Positions 7,046 through 12,166 of a stretch of 12,166 nt of DNA are shown here, in pieces; positions within the stretch are counted from its first letter, which is position 1; each line of letters begins with the position of its first letter. Position numbers and translations under genes: made by a program. The DNA comes from a virus. Location of the stretch: the UHGV virus genome UHGV-0286708. One strand, written 5' to 3'. The notes under the pieces were generated by a model. That model searched no databases. It saw nothing but the letters and a program-made list of their open reading frames with translations, and was not told the DNA's origin.

Positions 7046-7555
7046 ATGTTTGATTATAAGATTTCCAAACACCCGCATTTTGATGAAGCCTGTAGAGCTT
7101 TTGCACTTCGTCACAATATGGCGAAGCTGGCAGAACGTGCAGGAATGAATGTCCAGACTCTGCGAAACAAACTCAACCCAGATCAACCGCATCAGCTCAA
7201 TGCGCCAGAAATCTGGCTGCTTACCGATCTGACTGAAGATTCAACGCTGATAGATGGTTTTCTGGCACAGATTCACTGCCTGCCATGTGTACCGATTAAT
7301 GAGGTAGCAAAAGAGAAACTGCCGCATTACGTCATGAGTGCAACCGCAGAGATCGGGCGTGTTGCTGCAGGTGCGGTATCTGGCAATGTAAAAACCAGTG
7401 CAGGTCGTCGTGATGCTATCAGCAGCATTAACTCTGTAACACGACTGATGGCGCTGGCTGCTGTTTCATTGCAGGCCCGTTTACAGGCTAACCCGGCGAT
7501 GGCGAGTGCAGTTGATACCATGACTGGCCTTGGTGCTTCATTCGGTTTGCTGTGA
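7046..7555 (+). CDS. cII: Phage CII-like regulatory protein (186 CII family), 169 aa
   Basis: Same length class as coliphage 186 CII. HTH segment HNMAKLAERAGMNVQTLRNKLNP, position immediately after apl, and GGGG-containing RBS upstream. Confidence 0.75.
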   Translation: MFDYKISKHPHFDEACRAFALRHNMAKLAERAGMNVQTLRNKLNPDQPHQLNAPEIWLLTDLTEDSTLIDGFLAQIHCLPCVPINEVAKEKLPHYVMSATAEIGRVAAGAVSGNVKTSAGRRDAISSINSVTRLMALAAVSLQARLQANPAMASAVDTMTGLGASFGLL

Positions 7556-7562
7556 GGTGCTT

Positions 7563-7763
7563 ATGCTTACGAAAGAACCATCATTTGCATCGCTGCTGGT
7601 TAAACAAAGCCCGGCAATGCACTACGGTCACGGCTGGATCATGGGTGAGGATGGTAAACGCTGGCATCCGTGCCGTTCACAAGATGAATTGCTGGCAGAA
7701 CTATCTACGAAAAAACGGGGGAACAAATGGCTATTGAAGGCGCTGCGGCGACTGTTCCATTAA
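7563..7763 (+). CDS. Small hypothetical early protein, about 66 aa (position of 186 fil-type gene)
   Basis: Likely start MLTKEPSFASLL... with GAGG upstream. Its 3' end overlaps the next gene start by 37 nt. No family recognised. Confidence 0.4.
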   Translation: MLTKEPSFASLLVKQSPAMHYGHGWIMGEDGKRWHPCRSQDELLAELSTKKRGNKWLLKALRRLFH

Positions 7764-8068
7764 GCCCCGGTCAACGCCTGAATGGACTTAATCACATTGC
7801 GGAGTTAAGGGCGAAAGTTTTTGGTCTGAATATTGAGTCAGAGCTTGAGCGGTTTATTAAAGATATGCGTGATCCACGCGATATTAATAGCGAACAAAAT
7901 AAACGGGCACTGGCTGCCATATTCTTTATGGCAAAAATTCCAGCTGAACGTCACAGCATCAGCATTAATGAGCTGACCACTGACGAAAAGCGGGAGTTGA
8001 TTAAAGCAATGAATCATTTTCGTGCAGTAGTGAGCTTATTCCCCAGACGACTAACCATGCCGAATTAA
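7727..8068 (+). CDS. Hypothetical phage early protein, 113 aa
   Basis: Intact ORF with GGGGGA RBS about 7 nt upstream. Lies in the P2/186 early-operon region between cII and the TraR-like gene. Confidence 0.5.
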   Translation: MAIEGAAATVPLSPGQRLNGLNHIAELRAKVFGLNIESELERFIKDMRDPRDINSEQNKRALAAIFFMAKIPAERHSISINELTTDEKRELIKAMNHFRAVVSLFPRRLTMPN

Positions 8069-8135
8069 CAAACTAATGAACTTCATGGCGTAAACACGCC
8101 GGGTATCCCTTTACCTAAATTCAGGAGAATTGATT

Positions 8136-8369
8136 ATGCGTAATATTGAAACCCTCACGACTAAAACCGGACCGGATGATGCAGGGCTTAATATTTTACT
8201 GACAGAGGCTCGTCTGGAAGAACGCCGGGCAAGAGCTGAAGCAATGGCAGCTCGCCTTGATAGCCTTGCGTGCCATATCACATCCCGCCAGCTAAACCAC
8301 GTTGAAGCGGCTGAACTGCTGCGTGTGGCAGCTGAAGCAATCCAGAACGAAGCGCAGGAGATCCACTAA
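8136..8369 (+). CDS. Hypothetical small phage protein, about 77 aa (helical, Ala/Glu/Arg-rich)
   Basis: ATG at 8136 with AGGAG 8 nt upstream; the listed ORF begins at an in-frame TTG at 8130. Its stop overlaps the next start (TAATG). Confidence 0.5.
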   Translation: MRNIETLTTKTGPDDAGLNILLTEARLEERRARAEAMAARLDSLACHITSRQLNHVEAAELLRVAAEAIQNEAQEIH

Positions 8370-8596
8370 TGGCTGATGCAATGGATCTCGTACAGCAGCG
8401 CGTTGAAGAAGAACGCCAGCGTCATATCCGTACTGCCCGTGCCAAAACGCCGGGCGTGTCCCGCGTGCTTTGCATTGAGTGTGAAGCGCCAATTCCGCCA
8501 GCACGCCGCCGTGCCATTCCGGGTGTGCAGCTTTGCATTACCTGTCAGGAAATCGCAGAGCTGAAAGGCAAACATTACAACGGAGGTGCTGTATGA
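8369..8596 (+). CDS. TraR/DksA-family C4 zinc-finger protein, 75 aa
   Basis: CIECEAPIP...CITCQ gives the four-cysteine CxxC-N17-CxxC arrangement typical of phage TraR-like proteins. AGGAG RBS upstream. Confidence 0.75.
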   Translation: MADAMDLVQQRVEEERQRHIRTARAKTPGVSRVLCIECEAPIPPARRRAIPGVQLCITCQEIAELKGKHYNGGAV

Positions 8597-9450
8597 GCAC
8601 CATCCTGAAATGGGCGGGAAATAAAACCGCCATTATGTCCGAACTGAAAAAGCATCTTCCTGCTGGCCCGCGACTGGTTGAACCTTTCGCGGGTTCCTGT
8701 GCAGTGATGATGGAGACGGAGTACCCCAGCTATCTTGTTGCGGATATTAATCCTGATTTAATCAACCTCTATAAAAAGGTTGCTGCTGATTGTGAATCAT
8801 TTATATCTCGCGCCAGAGTTTTATTTGAGATCGCAAACAGGGAGGTAGCTTATTACAACATAAGGCAGGAGTTTAATTACTCAACTGAAATTACTGATTT
8901 CATGAAAGCGGTATATTTCCTGTATCTCAATCGTCACGGTTACCGTGGTTTATGTCGCTATAACAAGAGCGGGCATTTCAACATTCCCTACGGTAATTAT
9001 AAAAATCCGTATTTCCCTGAAAAAGAAATTCGCGCATTTGCAGAAAAAGCCCAGCGAGCAACGTTTATCTGCGCCAGCTTTGATGAAACGCTGGCGATGT
9101 TGAAGGCGGGGGATGTGGTGTATTGCGATCCGCCGTATGACGGTACGTTTTCCGGCTATCACACTGATGGTTTCACTGAAGATGACCAGTATCACCTGGC
9201 ATCCGTTCTTGAACATCGGTCATCAGAAGGACATCCGGTCATTGTTTCTAACAGTGACACATCCCTGATCCGTTCGCTGTATCGCAATTTTACTCACCAC
9301 TATATCAAGGTAAAACGCAGCATCGGTGTGGCAGCTGGCGAGGGTAAATCAGCAACAGAAATCATTGCTGTTTCCGGGCCGCGCTGCTGGTTGGGATTTG
9401 ATTATTCGCGTGGCGTGGATAGTTCTGCCGTGTACGGAGTGCGTGCATGA
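8593..9450 (+). CDS. dam: Dam-type N6-adenine DNA methyltransferase, about 285 aa, phage-encoded orphan methylase
   Basis: From [11 protein letters not shown] it parallels E. coli Dam: [39 protein letters not shown] and the catalytic DPPY ([10 protein letters not shown]). ATGA overlap with the TraR-like stop. Confidence 0.9.
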   Translation: MSTILKWAGNKTAIMSELKKHLPAGPRLVEPFAGSCAVMMETEYPSYLVADINPDLINLYKKVAADCESFISRARVLFEIANREVAYYNIRQEFNYSTEITDFMKAVYFLYLNRHGYRGLCRYNKSGHFNIPYGNYKNPYFPEKEIRAFAEKAQRATFICASFDETLAMLKAGDVVYCDPPYDGTFSGYHTDGFTEDDQYHLASVLEHRSSEGHPVIVSNSDTSLIRSLYRNFTHHYIKVKRSIGVAAGEGKSATEIIAVSGPRCWLGFDYSRGVDSSAVYGVRA

Positions 9451-11861
9451 GCCATGCTGATATGAACAACTGCAGCGGCTTTAACGAGGCCGCCGCAGCA
9501 TTCTCATGGAACAGCCCGAAAAAGGCTATTAACCCTTATCTGGACCCGGCGGAAGTTGCGCCGGTTTCTGCGCTTTCAAACCTGATCACTCTGTACGCTG
9601 CCGATAACGAGCAGGAACAACTGCGCCGCGAGGCACTGAGTGATCAGGTCTGGGAGCGTTATTTCTTTAATGAATCCCTTGATCCTGTCCAACGCGAAAT
9701 GGAGCAGGATAAGCTCATTAGCCGGGCAAAGCTGGCGCATGAGCAGCAGCGTTTTAATCCGGACATGGTCATACTGGCGGACGTTAAAGCCCAGCCCTCC
9801 CATATCAGCAAGCCGCTGATGCAACGTATTGAATACTTCAGCAGCCTGGGCAGGCCAAAGGCTTATTCCCGCTATTTGCGTGAAACGATTAAGCCATGTC
9901 TGGAACGACTGGAGCATGTACGCGACAGTCAGCTATCCACTTCTTTTCGCTTTATGGCAAGCCATGAAGGGCTGGACGGCCTGCTGATCCTGCCTGAAAT
10001 GAGTCAGGATCAGGTGAAACGCCTGTCTACTCTTGTCGCTGCGCATATGAGCATGTGTCTTGATGCCGCTTGTGGTGATTTGTACGCCACCGATGATGTT
10101 AAGCCAGAAGAAATCCGCAAGACATGGGAAAAGGTGGCAGCAGAAACCCTGCGACTGGATGTCATACCGCCTGCGTTTGAGCAACTCCGCCGGAAAAGAA
10201 ACCGCCGTAAACCCGTACCCTATGAACTCATTCCGGGTTCGCTGGCGCGTATGTTGTGCGCCGACTGGTGGTATCGGAAATTATGGAAGATGCGTTGCGA
10301 ATGGCGGGAAGAGCAGTTGCGTGCTGTTTGCCTGGTCAGCAAAAAAGCATCTCCCTATGTCAGCTATGAAGCCGTGATGCATAAACGTGAGCAGCGCCGT
10401 AAGTCGCTGGAGTTTTTCCGTTCTCATGAACTAGTGAACGAAGACGGCGACACGCTGGATATGGAGGACGTGGTAAACGCCAGTAGTAGCAACCCGGCGC
10501 ATCGCCGCAATGAGATGATGGCATGTGTTAAAGGTCTGGAGCTTATCGCGGAAATGCGCGGTGACTGCGCCGTTTTCTACACCATCACCTGTCCGTCACG
10601 TTTCCATTCCACGCTAAATAACGGCAGGCCCAACCCAACCTGGACAAATGCGACGGTAAGACAAAGCAGTGATTATCTGGTCGGCATGTTTGCTGCATTT
10701 CGTAAGGCGATGTACAAAGCCGGATTGCGCTGGTATGGCGTGCGGGTGGCTGAGCCGCATCATGACGGTACAGTTCACTGGCACCTGTTGTGTTTTATGC
10801 GCAAAAAAGATCGCCGCGCCATTACTGCTTTGTTGCGTAAGTTTGCCATTCGTGAAGACCGCGAGGAGCTGGGTAATAACACAGGACCACGCTTTAAGTC
10901 TGAGCTGATAAACCCGCGCAAAGGTACGCCAACAAGCTACATCGCGAAATACATCAGTAAGAACATTGACGGGCGTGGTCTGGCTGGCGAGATCAGCAAG
11001 GAAACGGGTAAATCCCTGCGTGATAACGCTGAATACGTTAATGCCTGGGCGTCTCTTCATCGTGTTCAGCAATTCCGCTTCTTTGGCATTCCGGGGCGTC
11101 AGGCTTACCGTGAACTGCGATTGCTGGCTGGTCAGGCGGCAAGGCAACAGGGGGACAAAAAAGCAGGTGCGGCGGTACTGGATAACCCACGCCTTGATGC
11201 CATCCTGGCTGCTGCTGATGCTGGTTGTTTTGCCACCTACATCATGAAGCAGGGCGGCGTACTGGTTCCCCGCAAATATCACCTCATCAGAACCGCTTAT
11301 GAAATCAACGAAGAGCCGACCGCCTATGGCGATCACGGCATTCGTATTTATGGCATCTGGTCACCCATTGCAGAGGGCAAGATCTGCACTCATGCAGTGA
11401 AGTGGAAAATGGTTCGTAAGGCCGTTGACGTTCAGGAGGCGGCAGCCGACCAGGGCGCTTGCGCCCCTTGGACTCGTGGCAATAACTGTCCCCTTGCCGA
11501 AAATTTGAACCAACAGGAGAAAGATAAATCAGCTGATGGGGACACCAGAACGGATATTACCCGCATGGATGACAAGGCGTTGCACGATTACCTGCACAGT
11601 ATGAGCAAAAAAGAGTGCCGGGAACTGGCAGCAAGGTTACGCCTGGTGAAACCGAAACGGCGTAAAGACTACAAACAGCGAATTACAGACCATCAGCGAC
11701 TGCAGCTCGTGTATGAGCTGAAGTCCAGAGGATTTGATGGCAGCGAGAAAGAGGTCGATTTACTCCTTCGCGGAGGCAGTATTCCGTCAGGAGCAGGCCT
11801 GCGTATCTTCTATCGGAACCAGCGTTTGCAGGAAGATGATAAGTGGCGGAACCTGTATTAA
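9447..11861 (+). CDS. A: Replication initiation protein gpA (P2/186 gene A, rolling-circle HUH endonuclease), 804 aa
   Basis: Large ORF in the gene-A position, coupled to dam by an ATGA overlap. It has an HUH-like motif ([10 protein letters not shown]) and paired tyrosines ([10 protein letters not shown]), as expected for the gpA nickase. Confidence 0.85.
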   Translation: MSHADMNNCSGFNEAAAAFSWNSPKKAINPYLDPAEVAPVSALSNLITLYAADNEQEQLRREALSDQVWERYFFNESLDPVQREMEQDKLISRAKLAHEQQRFNPDMVILADVKAQPSHISKPLMQRIEYFSSLGRPKAYSRYLRETIKPCLERLEHVRDSQLSTSFRFMASHEGLDGLLILPEMSQDQVKRLSTLVAAHMSMCLDAACGDLYATDDVKPEEIRKTWEKVAAETLRLDVIPPAFEQLRRKRNRRKPVPYELIPGSLARMLCADWWYRKLWKMRCEWREEQLRAVCLVSKKASPYVSYEAVMHKREQRRKSLEFFRSHELVNEDGDTLDMEDVVNASSSNPAHRRNEMMACVKGLELIAEMRGDCAVFYTITCPSRFHSTLNNGRPNPTWTNATVRQSSDYLVGMFAAFRKAMYKAGLRWYGVRVAEPHHDGTVHWHLLCFMRKKDRRAITALLRKFAIREDREELGNNTGPRFKSELINPRKGTPTSYIAKYISKNIDGRGLAGEISKETGKSLRDNAEYVNAWASLHRVQQFRFFGIPGRQAYRELRLLAGQAARQQGDKKAGAAVLDNPRLDAILAAADAGCFATYIMKQGGVLVPRKYHLIRTAYEINEEPTAYGDHGIRIYGIWSPIAEGKICTHAVKWKMVRKAVDVQEAAADQGACAPWTRGNNCPLAENLNQQEKDKSADGDTRTDITRMDDKALHDYLHSMSKKECRELAARLRLVKPKRRKDYKQRITDHQRLQLVYELKSRGFDGSEKEVDLLLRGGSIPSGAGLRIFYRNQRLQEDDKWRNLY

Positions 11862-11954
11862 TTACGCTGGTTAACAATTCGTGCTCTTAATAATACCAGG
11901 CATATCAGGCTGATAAGCGTAAAAAAAACGTTTTACATCAGTAAGATTATTATA

Positions 11955-11974
11955 TACTGTAAATATAAACAGTG
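11955..11974. promoter_or_regulatory. LexA-box-like palindrome (SOS operator) upstream of the next ORF
   Basis: TACTGTAAATATAAACAGTG has the form CTGT-N8-ACAG with an AT-rich spacer, matching the LexA consensus TACTGT(AT)4ACAGTA at about 17 of 20 positions. A TTTACA hexamer (11932-11937) lies 17 nt upstream. Confidence 0.5.
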
Positions 11975-12015
11975 GTTATACATACAGTATTGCGTGTGGT
12001 GTCATAGGAGGAAAG

Positions 12016-12166
12016 ATGCAGGACTATTTTTTGGAGTCTTTGAAGCTCCAGCGCATTGATTTTTTTCTTAAGCTTGTAGCGGCTAGTGAGTGTAGTGATG
12101 AAGAGAAGGGGCTGGCTCTGCAGTGGGTTTCTGAATTGACTGATGAACTCATGGCAAAAATCAGAA
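12016..12166 (+). CDS. 5' part of an ORF running off the window (at least 50 aa); hypothetical, possibly SOS-regulated (position analogous to 186 tum and the P2-family cargo region after gene A)
   Basis: ATG at 12016 with GGAGG 4-9 nt upstream; open to the window end (MQDYFLESLKLQRIDFFLKLVAASECSDEEKGLALQWVSELTDELMAKIR...). Absent from the ORF track only because no stop is reached. Confidence 0.45.
   Translation, partial: MQDYFLESLKLQRIDFFLKLVAASECSDEEKGLALQWVSELTDELMAKIR

Noticed and set aside
7327-7737. ORFs 7327..7521 (-) and 7552..7737 (+)
   Set aside because: Antisense or alternative-frame overlaps of the cII and small early genes. The +2 frame starting at 7563 has the better RBS and was kept instead.
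8292-8575. ORFs 8292..8504 (-), 8366..8575 (-) and 8376..8564 (+)
   Set aside because: Overlap the TraR-like zinc-finger gene, whose frame carries the conserved Cys motif; these are shadows.
8950-11336. Minus-strand ORFs inside dam and gene A (8950..9216, 9576..9917, 9933..10184, 10614..11336) and plus-strand 10060..10377, 10669..10908, 10966..11247
   Set aside because: All are embedded in the strongly supported dam and gpA reading frames. Long antisense ORFs are expected in GC-richer coding sequence.
11683-11877. Minus-strand 64-aa ORF at the end of gene A
   Set aside because: Antisense to the gene A 3' end with no supporting signals.
11921-11940. Possible terminator after gene A (A-run flanked by ACG/CGT)
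   Set aside because: The stem is only 3 bp, which is not a credible intrinsic terminator.
1-12166. CRISPR array or other tandem repeat arrays
   Set aside because: No regularly spaced direct repeats with unique spacers are visible. The only repeats are the IS1 copies, the att core and short operator-like motifs.

Overview
The window spans a junction between two integrative elements at an ssrA (tmRNA) attachment site, in what looks like an E. coli/Shigella-type genome (IS1 copies, a tmRNA 3' end, a CP4-57-type integrase). Left part (1-3780): a window-truncated IS1, an AT-rich membrane-protein ORF, a truncated divergent IS1 remnant, an AT-rich 250-aa ORF, and a P4/CP4-57-type tyrosine integrase, followed by a terminator hairpin and a ~45-nt copy of the tmRNA 3' end (att repeat). 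Right part (3831-12166): the immunity and replication region of a coliphage 186/P2-like temperate prophage. It reads: AT-rich membrane-protein cargo gene, int and cI (all minus strand), a near-consensus rightward promoter, then apl/cox-like, cII-like, small early genes, a TraR/DksA zinc-finger gene, a Dam-type methyltransferase, replication gene A, and a LexA-box-preceded ORF that runs off the window. The most interesting candidates are the three AT-rich cargo ORFs of unknown function, above all the membrane protein packed directly behind int. All identifications rest on reading the ORF translations and recalling family features; no database search was run.
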